Shown in pieces: positions 1-10,609 of a stretch of 64,000 nt of DNA. A program made the translations under genes and the position numbers. Numbering within the stretch: position 1 is the first letter of the stretch; every line of letters begins with the position of its first letter. Under the pieces are notes generated by a model that was given only the letters and a program-made list of their open reading frames with translations, did no database searches and was not told where the DNA came from. Origin of the DNA: Lingula anatina (Eukaryota > Animalia > Brachiopoda); NCBI GenBank assembly GCA_051362555.1, contig CM120649.1, positions 16,568,567 through 16,632,566 on the forward strand. The letters are read 5' to 3'.

Positions 1-140
1 ATCTTAACTTAAAAAAAAGAAGAGATACGTACGCGTTGCCCCCATAGTAAGTTAATTAATTATCACATTTTCGGCAACTTATAAACATAACAATTAATCT
101 AACTCTATATTTGGAGATGGCACACCAAATCAACACTCAC

Positions 141-1262
141 TCGTATCGGAATGTGCTATGTGAGGGTATGGGACACTGTGTAATCATGGCGACACCATCC
201 ATGTGCGGTGAGTCTTCCTGCAGTATGCCGTGCCAGTGTATGGTGACTCCATCAGACGTGGACATTTTGTTCTTCACGTTGACGATGATAGTGTCGTTCT
301 GGCAGACCTGGGAATTGACGGTGCCGGCTGTTAGTGTTTCAGCTTTAGTAGAAAACATATCCAGAATATCACTTACCCAGCAAACACGTAACGTTCGGAT
401 CACGTGGCTAGCACGTTGCTATGACGTTACAATATATGTGGTAGCAACGAGCTAGCCACGTGATCCAAACGTGACGTGTTTGCTGTGTAGCTTTAGATTT
501 CCCTCCTATTTGAATGTGATGTCGTGTTGTTTTACTGAATTATCAATTCTCTGCCGTGCATCTTGGAAATATTGGTAATTTCCAGTTACACGTGCAATGA
601 ACATTAACTAATTTCTTCTTGCAGCGCCACTAAAATGCAGCACATTGAGCCATTTTCATTGCATAAGTATCATCTAAATTATTTTTATAGATACAAATGT
701 ATAATAAGTAGAGTTATATATATAACTGTGCTTATTAACTTACATGGGGACACAGACATCTTTTGAAAAATAGGTACAATGAAAAAATGTCCCTTATTCA
801 AGGTACCCAATTGTAGGTTACAATTATAGGCCCTATATAGGGCCTATTGATTTATTTAATATAGGCCTATACAAAATAAAGAAAATATATTTTATCCTAA
901 TAATTGACTTATAAATTTAACCGAAAACTTCAAAAAGCACTCCTGATTTCTGGATATTTTAAAAATTTTCCAACAGCCAGTATTCTAGTAAAAAAAAAAA
1001 AAATAATCACTTACAAATATCCCTGGTCCTGGAAGGCGCCTGTTGACCACAGTGATTGCCTTTCTGACGCCATCTGCCGCCACGCAGTGCGGCCTGTCGC
1101 AATCCGTGCCGTTAAACGGGCAGTCGTAACAGGCCTTGCTCAGCACGTAGTACCACTCCACGGCAAAGTCGTACTCGCAGGTCCTCGGGGTCTCGCCGTC
1201 CACGCAGTCTCTAAGGCAGGGGTGGCTTAGGTCGTCTGCGTCGTAGGTGCTCGTTTTGCCTT
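141..1262 (-). CDS. Laccase-like multicopper oxidase, two internal exons (1262-1015, 307-141); continues off the left edge, leader exon unresolved
   Basis: Spliced translation EGKTSTYDADDLSHPCLRDCVDGETPRTCEYDF...VNRRLPGPGIF|VCQNDTIIVNVKN...TIHWHGILQEDSPHMDGVAMITQCPI...FRY. It contains the cupredoxin-1 HWHG and DG..TQCPI motifs and the N-terminal C-x-R-x-C Cys-rich region of invertebrate laccases. GT-AG boundaries are phase-consistent. Confidence 0.9.
376..487. mobile_element. Short palindromic MITE-like element in laccase intron
   Basis: ~46-bp imperfect inverted arms (CCCAGCAAACACGTAACGTTCGGATCACGTGGCTAGCACGTTGCTA / TAGCAACGAGCTAGCCACGTGATCCAAACGTGACGTGTTTGCTGTG), flanked by TA on both sides. 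Confidence 0.65.
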
Positions 1263-1337
1263 CTGCGGAATAAAAACCAACTTCTTGTTATTTAACTGAG
1301 GAGGTTTACCAGCTTGGTAAATTTGTTATACCCAGTA

Positions 1338-1505
1338 AGAGCTAATTCCCAATAAAACTTTCTACGTAGACCGGGAACTTTTGCAATCAAATTAAAAGAT
1401 TTACACGCCTCATTTGGTTTCAAAGTTCTTGTATAATCTCCAGCTTTTCTGTATTCTACTCAACCCCAAGAGGGCTCTTGTTAATCTGATTGCATTCAGC
1501 AAGAT
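1338..1505 (-). mobile_element. Degenerate partial copy of the Harbinger-like MITE family seen at 8204-8451
   Basis: The reverse complement shares GCTGAATGCAATCAGA, CTCTTGG..TTGAGTAGAATAC, GAGGCGTGT and TTTTATTGGGAAT with 8270-8450. Confidence 0.6.
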
Positions 1506-2838
1506 GTAGTGTTCACAAATATAATTCCCAGACATGTAAATTAATTTGATTAGAGTCGATTGCTTGTGCACTCGACTCGTTTTATGGCCTTACCTGTAGT
1601 TATGTAACTTCAGTGGACGTGTGCAATTTGAATAATTAAAATTAGTATGTACCGCCAAATAATGCAGCACAGAATCCACCTTGTGATAAGAAATATGTAT
1701 AAAAGATGTGTAGAATTAAGATCGGGAGTTCAGAAGGAAGAAGACTCGAAGGAGACCGCTCGACGGAGCCATGGGAGACGGCCTAGAGCTTGGAGATTTC
1801 ATGTAGATGATGTAGTTAGACAGAGTCAACCAATAAACCATTAAACTGGTCATAATGTGGACTTGGGTTTTCTTTGCGCGACCTTACGTAAATCTGACAC
1901 GAACTGTGGAATCTTTGGATCGCGTTATCCACTAAGTTAGACGAAAACGTAATGTCCTATTTCGAGCCCACGCTTGAATTAAGCGTTCAAAATTATATAA
2001 GTTTAGGACATTCATCTGATATGTTTATGTAAAGGTACACAACAAAGAGTCCTTGCGGAGTTGGATGGAACTACGTAAAAAGATTGGAAATGAGCCTTTA
2101 GAGGCTCAGAAGCGGATCGGCATCGCGGCGATGGCTGAGTGAGACGGGGTGACAAAACTTTTCATCTTCCCCATTAATGCTTTTCCCAAGCTCACACTGA
2201 GAAAACTCACTCTAAGAATCATCAAGAATAATTTTTCATACAATACAATTAAAATCGGAGGTTTGAAGTGGTGATGAATAGGTTATTGGGGGGGGGGGGG
2301 GGGGGGGGGGCGATGGCAAATCGACCTTTTGCTTTTATGGAACTTTTAATCAATAATCAAACAGAACACTGTATAAAGCCCCTTCTTTGTATTCTGATTA
2401 ATTTTGTCACTTGTCTAGCTACCAATTTCAAATGAGCCATGGTCGTTGAATGGGACAGCATACAATTATTAGATTAGATAGCATACACGTAGCTATAAAT
2501 TGTAGGCCCAGGTCTACAGGAAGGCTAAACCATAGGCAGGTACCATATATACACTTGTACTTCCTTGTTCGTAGCCAACATCAATCAAACTGCTTGGTGA
2601 ACATTTGTCAATGAGCACGTATAACATGCCGTATCACATAAATCACGGATATGAAGCCAAATCCCTAAAATTTTTGGCTTTGGAAAAAATGCATTGAAAA
2701 TCTATTACCCCATTCTGCATGCATATGCCACTCATAATACATGTTTCATGTAGGTGCGGAAATGTGCCCATGGAACTGACAACTATCTTGACCTATCGTG
2801 TTTACTCTCGCTTCCTCATGCCTAGATGTTCTCAGACC

Positions 2839-3097
2839 TTTTAGACTGGGTTCCCATACTTAGATCGATCCATCTGGATTGACCTAACTCCCTGGGGGTT
2901 CACGCTAAATTGCTATCAGCTCAAGAGGCTTAAATGTCTGTCACGCCTACCGAATCAGCTAGGGGTAAATATGATTATCCCCATACAGTTTTCCTAGGCG
3001 TTACAGACGTTTAAGCCGATTAGTTTGACAGCAATTTAGTGAGACTCCGCAGGGAGAGAGATCGATCCAAATATCTGTGGGAACGGTCCCTAAAACT
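2839..3097. mobile_element. Old foldback/MITE with long degenerate inverted repeats
   Basis: 2839-2950 is approximately complementary to 2995-3097 (CTAAATTGCT, GGCTTAAA.GTCTGT.ACGCCTA, GATCGATC and GTTCCCA blocks). Confidence 0.6.

Positions 3098-3099
<2 letters not shown>

Positions 3100-3157
<58 letters not shown>
3100..3157. repeat. (TA)n(GA)n compound microsatellite
   Basis: Direct reading. Confidence 0.95.
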
Positions 3158-3160
<3 letters not shown>

Positions 3161-3247
3161 AAAAAAACTCGTTTGGGGATCCACAAACTATATGTTGTAT
3201 AAGAAACTTGTTAAATGAAATGAAAAAACTGTGTACTAAAACCGTTA

Positions 3248-3415
3248 CAGGCCCGTAGCCAGCAATTTAAAAAGGGGGGTTCTTTTTCTGAAAAAGTGGA
3301 ACTTTTCCCATAAAAACTTCATGTACATAGATCAAATTTTACCCAGAGTGGACCTTTTCCCAACAAAAGGGGCGGTTCTTTCGAACCCCCCGAACCCCCC
3401 CTGGCTACGGGCCTG
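3248..3415 (+). mobile_element. MITE with 15-bp TIR CAGGCCCGTAGCCAG and 5-bp TSD (CGTTA)
   Basis: Perfect TIRs CAGGCCCGTAGCCAG...CTGGCTACGGGCCTG; CGTTA at 3243-3247 and 3416-3420; second copy at 11700. Confidence 0.85.
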
Positions 3416-3465
3416 CGTTATTACAGAGATTCTTACAGAGAAGTTTTCAAGGATGTGCGTTCCGT

Positions 3466-3540
3466 CCCTTCTACCCTGCCCCTTCTACACAGCCCCTTCT
3501 ACCCTGCCCCTTCTACCCTGCCCCTTCTACACAGCCTCTA
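3466..3540. repeat. 13-bp minisatellite (CCCTTCTACCCTG / CCCTTCTACACAG)
   Basis: About 5 tandem units. Confidence 0.85.
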
Positions 3541-6330
3541 CAACCAGACAGAAAAGATAAACGTGTGTGCCCTAAATACCCCAAGTTTTAAGAACGTGCC
3601 GATTTCTACTTTCCAAATTTGCCGAACAACAATTGAACTACTTCCAGCTAAAATCTGCCAAAGGTTTATGGCAAAACAGGAAACAAACGATTTACGGCTG
3701 CTCTTAAATCTAAAGACGCTGGTTATAATCTACATGCACCGGTACGTACCTGCAGTCACGGCTACTGAGATGAGTACAGAAATGGTGGCAATACCCAAGT
3801 TGGGATACATGGTGACCTCGTCGGTTCTCACGATATATGCTCTCTCCCCTTGGTACGGCAGTCGGTAGAACCTTCTGGAAACAGGTACATTCGTTAAACA
3901 CAGCAATGACATTCAAGTATTATTGGACACGTGTATGACCCTGAGTTTCATAACTCTACTGGAAATTTCCCTATCCCCTTGGATAATAAGGGTGCAATTT
4001 TTGTAGCCGAGTCGTCTTGGAAAACCATTAAGGACACACAGCCACGACCACGGCTAGCGTCAATATATGTGGATGCAATGGTGGAATCAGACTTAACCAA
4101 GTTATCTTTCTGAACGCAGAAACTCAGGGTAGACACGCACGGCTTTACTCTGCCGGACACGTTTTTGGACAAAACGTGATGGGTAGCTGATAAGTGTACT
4201 CTACGGGACTGACTGGGCTGCTTCCCAGTTGATATATATATATTATATCATAGTATATATAAAATTTGCACTCGGGATACGTTGTTAATTGTTCATAAAA
4301 AGATTAATTAATTAATGAATAAGCATGTTACCCAGTAAGAAAATAACAATAAAAGCAAACAAAAACAATTATTTGACCCAGACTTATTTAGGGTCGATGC
4401 TCGCCGTTTCTCTCAGAGTAAAACAGTTCCGTGTTAGTTCAAGGAGAGGTCGTAATTAAAAGCATGTGGCACACTGTGAAAGCCATCACGTCCAACCACA
4501 ACGTCAACATCAACATCAACCCGCCGATCCAATATTTCAGCTGCGGTATTTATGTCACGGCCGTCATGTCCGTAGAAAAATAATATGGCCACATATCACA
4601 CACGCGCATGTATTGCACTTATTAGCATTTGTGTCAATTTAACTTCAAAATTGAGTTGCAGTGTCTATTATTATTCAGATATGTGGTAAGTGTTCAGTAA
4701 ACGTTGTAGTATTGATTGAGTGCCCGTAAATGTGATTGGACTTGAATTTATAGCGTAATAAACTTATCTTTTCTATTTAAATATAATAGTTTATGGCCAC
4801 GTGTTGCATTAGTGACAGTCAGTTAGATTTATTTTCTCCTAAATCTACAACAACAGGGTTCAATTCCCTTTCCTTGTTATGTAGGGTAAAATCAAAACAA
4901 AAAATGAACTCTCACAATTGATTAAGTAGGTTCTAGACAACACATAATAAAACATCTGAATGACTGGAATATTTTACATATCTGATTAAAATTACATGCA
5001 TCAACGAATCGAAGACACGTTATGTGCAGACAGAAAGACTACTACACGCTCTAAGAGAGGCCGCATTTTCAAAAAAAAAAGTGTTAAAAGAACAATCTTA
5101 CAACCTAAAGGCAACAAATATGCTTCATAATGATCTGGATGCGATTAGAGTACGTACAGTATTTGAGGAAATGAAGAAGGTGAACTTCAAAGGGAAATTG
5201 AGTCCATTCCATTTCAAGCGCAGAGATTTTCACTCTAAAATTTTCACCCTGAAGCCGAAACCATTGTAGACGTCCATGTTTGAGAAAATTCGGCAATGTT
5301 GTTATAGTGTTAAGAATAATACTGACATGCTTGATGCAATGAAAAGGGCAATTTACAAACTGCGACCTGTTCGTCTCTTTGTTATTGTTCTAAACCAACC
5401 GTGTCATTATATGTTGACATATTTGATATCCGAAGCAAGAATCTGTTTCATAAAACTAGTAAGCATCTCACAGGCGGACAAAGCTATAATGTTCTGATAT
5501 CAGCTACTTTAAAGAAGGAAATAAGTTCCACGTGAGACGCAGGAACCGTGGCGTTTATACCCACCTCTTCGTTGCTCAAGATCAGGAAAAAAGTGCATCG
5601 CACACAGGGAAGAAAGGCAACATTAAAATACCACAGTCAAATCATTTAAAACATTTTGCAGAGATTTGATTTATAGTGTACTTCATGGTCCGGTAGGAAA
5701 TGCTTAATTACATTGACGTATGTATTTCGGTTACGTTACATAGCGGCATACCTTAACGACATCGCAAATGGTTCAACAAACAGCTGACGGCAACTGCAAA
5801 AAAGATCTTTCGGTGCATTTTATTCACGTTTAAGTCCTTAAGAGCAAAGTATGTGTCTTTGTCCTCTGGTGGTCGGGAGGGGGGGCTGTATGTTCCCTCC
5901 GAAAACGTTTGAAAACATGGGGATATTTGGGCCATTTGGAAATAGTGCCGCATTTGCTGGGAACAACAGTTTTTTCTTTCTCTATTTCAGTATTTGATTT
6001 TGAAAAGTTGAGAGGGGGGATGTTCGTCACCAGGGGGAATAGTACGATTAAGATATAAAAACTATTTCCTTTTTTCCGTTTTTTCTGTTATATAAATGCC
6101 TGATCATTGACGTCAGACCGCGCTAATACGGGAATGTGTTAGAGAAGACTTAGTCACAATAGGAACAGCCAGTGAAGTGAAACACTTTTGTCGCTGCTTA
6201 CCACTAGTGGTGTAGCAAACTTTGTCGGAACATGATTCCAAAACATAATGAAGCTCGCATACATGTGTGACGTTATTCTTATGCTTCAAAAAGTATGTTT
6301 CTGTATATTGAAAGTTACAAGAGCACTGTC

Positions 6331-7432
6331 AAAGTGAAAGTGAAACTATAAAGATTTGAAATTTTACCGAAGAACAATGAAACTTCAAGGAATTGTAAAA
6401 AATAATTTGCCCTTACACTAGGTTGATAAAATGCGATCGCAAATATTTAATGACGCTTCTGTGCTTCTTGTAGCAGTCTGAGACAAACGCAATTCACAGA
6501 AAATTTACAACAATTTGCATATCTTTGTAAATATCGATTGCCTGTCACTTATTTATCCGGAGTAATAAATGGTCTCTAAATGTATTAATGAGTCCCACGG
6601 GACATCAATAAAAATAGTTCAATGTGCCAATTGTGCTTACTTTCACTGACATGAGCTATATCTGTTTACTCAGAAATAAACTACAAGAAACGGCAGTTCG
6701 ACAAAATAAATAAATAAATAAAAACAGCATGTTTCGTTTCACCACACATCCGCACCGGCTTTTTTGACGGAATTCATTTCGTAACTACATTGTAGGATTT
6801 GCAGCTGCCATAAGGTCACCCACCCGAACCAGAATCTTGCCTGTACAAAAAAGAGTGTTCCAGCCTAGCGAAAGGACTGTTGAACTTTTAAGAACACGTG
6901 CGTGGAATCTTAAGAACACATCTTGTTATAAGAACTACTACCTCAAAATTAGCACTTTCAAAAAAGTCAAATTAGTTCCAGCGGCAGCACCAAATTCCAG
7001 GTTGACTCCCCACGCGGATGGAAATAAATTGATTCCCGAAATTGAATCCATCAGTTGTCTAACCCCATTGCCAGGTCGAGTGTCGTTATATAAGATAATT
7101 CAAGGAAGATGTCCTGCTGATAGACTATGTGTTGTTTTAAGTGAGGTCAATCTACCTAAACTGGTCCTTTTACATACCTGTAACTTATTCGACTTGTCCA
7201 CGGGCCACGCTCCGGCTTTTTCCTTCTGTACCGTGAACTACACTGAGTGTCGTTCCAGCTCAAGGTTATCTGGATTTCCTAGCTAAAGATATCTCGGTTA
7301 CCGTCAAACGGGAAGTGGATAGAAAAACCACTTTACCTTTTTTCCACGAAATAATTCGCAGAGGTACTTTCACTTTCGGTTCTAGAGAAGAGCGCACAAT
7401 GCCGGTGTAATGACTCATTGACTTTCACTTTT
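6331..7432. promoter_or_regulatory. Candidate laccase promoter/enhancer with clustered IRF/ISRE-type, ETS and AP-1 motifs
   Basis: AAAGTGAAAGTGAAACT 6331-6347, GTTTCGTTTCAC 6731-6742, ACTTTCACTTTCGGTT 7366-7381, TGACTCA 7411-7417 next to ACTTTCACTT, and GGGAAGTG near 7310. A strong minus-strand donor CAG|GTATGT at 7177 suggests a non-coding first exon. Confidence 0.4.
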
Positions 7433-8203
7433 TTTTTAGCGAATAGAAAATCGATTTTAGGAAGAGACACATAAATGACAAAAACGATAGAAGCAACGGC
7501 ATAAACCCGTCTTAAAATGATTCACAACCAATAAAGCGATAAAAGATAAAAGTGCACAAAACGTTGTTGTCAATTTTATAGTAATATTACATAATATTTA
7601 GCGGCATGATCACCACCAGTTTTCACTGTCTGTAGATATTCACAAACTGAAACTAGCGCACCTTAAAATTTTGAGAAAAATGAAAAATTTGCATAAATTA
7701 TCATTACTCCAAGAAAAATAAATCAGTCATTCTGGAGCTGTATATTACTCTTGTAAGTTTGAAAATGACGAGTTACATGTCATTCTTTTTACGCTGTTTA
7801 AAATGAAAGTGACAGGTGACGGCGAAGCTAACAGCGGTAAAGACAGGCGATGACAGGTGATGACCACATGTCCAGACTCCGGCACATAGTGTCTGTCCAT
7901 AAAAAGGGGCAATCTTCACTGGGAGTACAAGCCAGGTCAACTAAAATATCACATGGTGGGGTTTGTCCTGCTGCCGTGGCCATTCCATCCTAACTGATAC
8001 CACGTCTGAGTAGTACTCTCGCCACTTGTCACCCTCTGTCTGTGGATCTTAACAAGTGACAGTAAAGGTGAATTAAGAAATGGGTTTCTAAATAAATCTC
8101 TCACCTACCTGAGTCCCCTAATAGAACGATGTCACATGTAAATGCCGAGTCCAAGGTGAATGTGAATCTGTTAGCACTAACCACTTATATCGATTGAATC
8201 TAC

Positions 8204-8451
8204 GGGCTCATTTCCTATGAGACTAGCGTTCTATGTAGATCGATCCAACTCCGCTGAGACTCTCGCTGAACACAATCAGAATAAGTAATTAACGCGCATC
8301 CTCTTGGCATTGAGTAGAATACTAAAAAAAAAAGCCGATTATTTGGAGTTCGTTGCAGAAATAAGAGGAGGCGTGTTAACCTGTTAATCTGTTTGTATTT
8401 AGCTGAGCTGGGTTAATCTGCGTAGAACGATATTTTATTGGGAATGAGCCC
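8204..8451 (+). mobile_element. PIF/Harbinger-like MITE, TIR GGGCTCATT(T)CC, 3-bp TSD TAC
   Basis: TAC|GGGCTCATTTCC...GGAATGAGCCC|TAC; related fragments at ~1338-1505, ~12140-12232 and ~25460-25605. Confidence 0.75.
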
Positions 8452-10609
8452 TACTTTACCTTAACACGAGAGGTTCCACTCCCCAGGTGTGCGGACGTCA
8501 CAGTAAATTTAACCTGGGCGTTCGTATTGTGGCCGCTTGCGACTGCAAGGTCAATGCCCCTTATGTAAAAAATCAGAGGCGTGTTTACACTCACCACTTT
8601 CCATTCGCTTTTGTAGCGCCCCTCGTGAGCGACTAAAACAAAAACCGTACGGTTTGCGTGCATGTATGATGCATAACAAAACACCAGGAGCTGTTTAAAA
8701 AAACATTGCTCGAAAAGTTTGAGTCCACCTTCACCCAAGGTAAATCCCGAGTAGTCCAAAAAAACAAAATATTGCACCTGTTCTTGTAAAAGGACAAATA
8801 AGGATAATTATATACTAGATCGATAATTAGTTTATTCTATTGTTTTATCTTAAACCCAAAAAGAGCAAATTGTTGGCCGAAAAATTTAGACTCAAATTCG
8901 GGCCGTATCTTATTTTTTCAGACTGTCTCTGATCTACGGCATGTTAAGGGTCCTAGCGCTATGCAATCCAAATGCGTCGATGCGTTACGACCCATTTCTG
9001 GCTCGAACGACGTTCGATCCAAGACCTACGTGTAACTTTGCCTTCCGTGTCCCCTGCATGGAAGAGCGACCACATGGGAAGAGAAATGTTATGTTTTCCG
9101 TTCCATTTCCACCAAAATAAAAGCCGTCAGGCATGATTACCGATATGATAGTATTCAAAATGTGAAGACCCATTCTTTAACGTGTCAAGACTCGACCATA
9201 GCTTACATAATGATAATAGCACCCATGGTCACGAGAACCATATTTCAGCGCGTTTGACGTTACAAAACAATACTGGCCTATATCACCTGACAATGTTAGA
9301 AAAATTCAACAGAGAAAAGACTGAAGGCAATTTATTATAACCTTGACTCTCAGTCTGGATAAAACGTGACCATTGAGCACAAGGAGATGCGTTGTTTACT
9401 TGATATGTGCGGCATCGTAACAAATATGTCAAAAAACAATAAAGACAGGCGTCACGCCAGGTGATGTGAGTTGACAGGGGAGGATGACCCACGCCGACCC
9501 GTCGTTACCTGGGAGTTGACTCATAAAAAGAGCTTTAAACCGATATTTGATGAACTTTTTAGACTAAAAAATTGGCTTGGTTCATTTCAGGATAAACCCG
9601 CAGAATCTGGATGAAATAGGCTAAATATTGGCCTAAAGAAAAAAAAAACAGAAAAATATGTATATTTCTTTTTTTGTTATGAAACAGGCGCACTATTTCT
9701 ATTAATCAGTTTACTACCGATCTACCTGTAGTCAAAGTGGACTAGAATTAAAATGTAGTCTTAAAATTTAGATCGACTTTAGCCGTGTGAAATGAGCAAC
9801 TTGTTTTTTATTTAATTTTTTTTCTATAGATAACGGGAACAACCAGAAGAACCGCTGTGGGTTTTCATGGGCTGAACCGAAAGATGTTACGAATATAGTC
9901 TCAGCACTTCAACTTATTGGATTGTTGTCATCTCTTTCAGCGTGTAGAAAATGCTGAAGGCATAAGCAAAACAATCGCGCAGATGCCTGAACGGTTTCTT
10001 CGCAATAAAATTTGCGAATATTCAAGTTCATCTGGAATATTAACTCTCTGGTATTTTTCTGCAGTTTTTTTTCTATGGCAAACACGCTTTCAAAAAATAT
10101 AAATAAACATATAATCAATAATTAAATAAATAAACACAGACCATGGTTACACACATTTATTTACAAAACTTTCAAACAAGTTCGACTGGACGGAATGTTA
10201 ATTCTGATACCCATTATGTAATAGCTTAGACAACTCCGTATGAATACAATATCTTATTGGGTCGTGAGCTTACTGGCAGTCACTCTACCTCGCTCTTCAG
10301 GTGTCCACAAGATGTTTGTGAATAACATTAACTTAAACTAAATCATTATTCACACAAGCGTCTCCTTCTACACAATCTTTTTCAATGCATTTTTTAGAGT
10401 TTTAACAGTTATTCAGTTTATAGTCAGACAGAAAGAAGCTTGTTATATCTCTTCTCACATCTTCCAATATTTTCCTTCCAACTGGAGAGAAGGCTCCATT
10501 TCGTTGATTAAAAATATCTTCAAATCTTTGGTGTTAATAACAAATTGATCACGGATGGGTTCTGCACATTTTTCTGTGAGAATTGGTGTAAAATGCCTCG
10601 GCAGAAGAC

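Noticed and set aside
1610-1612. In-frame TGA in a candidate laccase leader exon as a second selenocysteine
   Set aside because: It lies in a presumptive signal peptide with no redox motif, the exon itself is uncertain, and the 3' UTR is outside the window, so no SECIS can be checked.
3455-4172. ORFs 3455-3868, 3710-3916, 3931-4113 and 3948-4172
   Set aside because: Partly built from the 13-bp minisatellite, with no recognisable domain or consistent splice pattern.
6837-7286. 149-aa plus-strand ORF
   Set aside because: Non-ATG start and no recognisable motif; it overlaps a probable promoter and non-coding exon on the other strand.
7810-9510. Many CAGGTG/CACCTG E-box-like words upstream of the laccase
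   Set aside because: Short motif with no enrichment test possible here and no assignable target; noted only.
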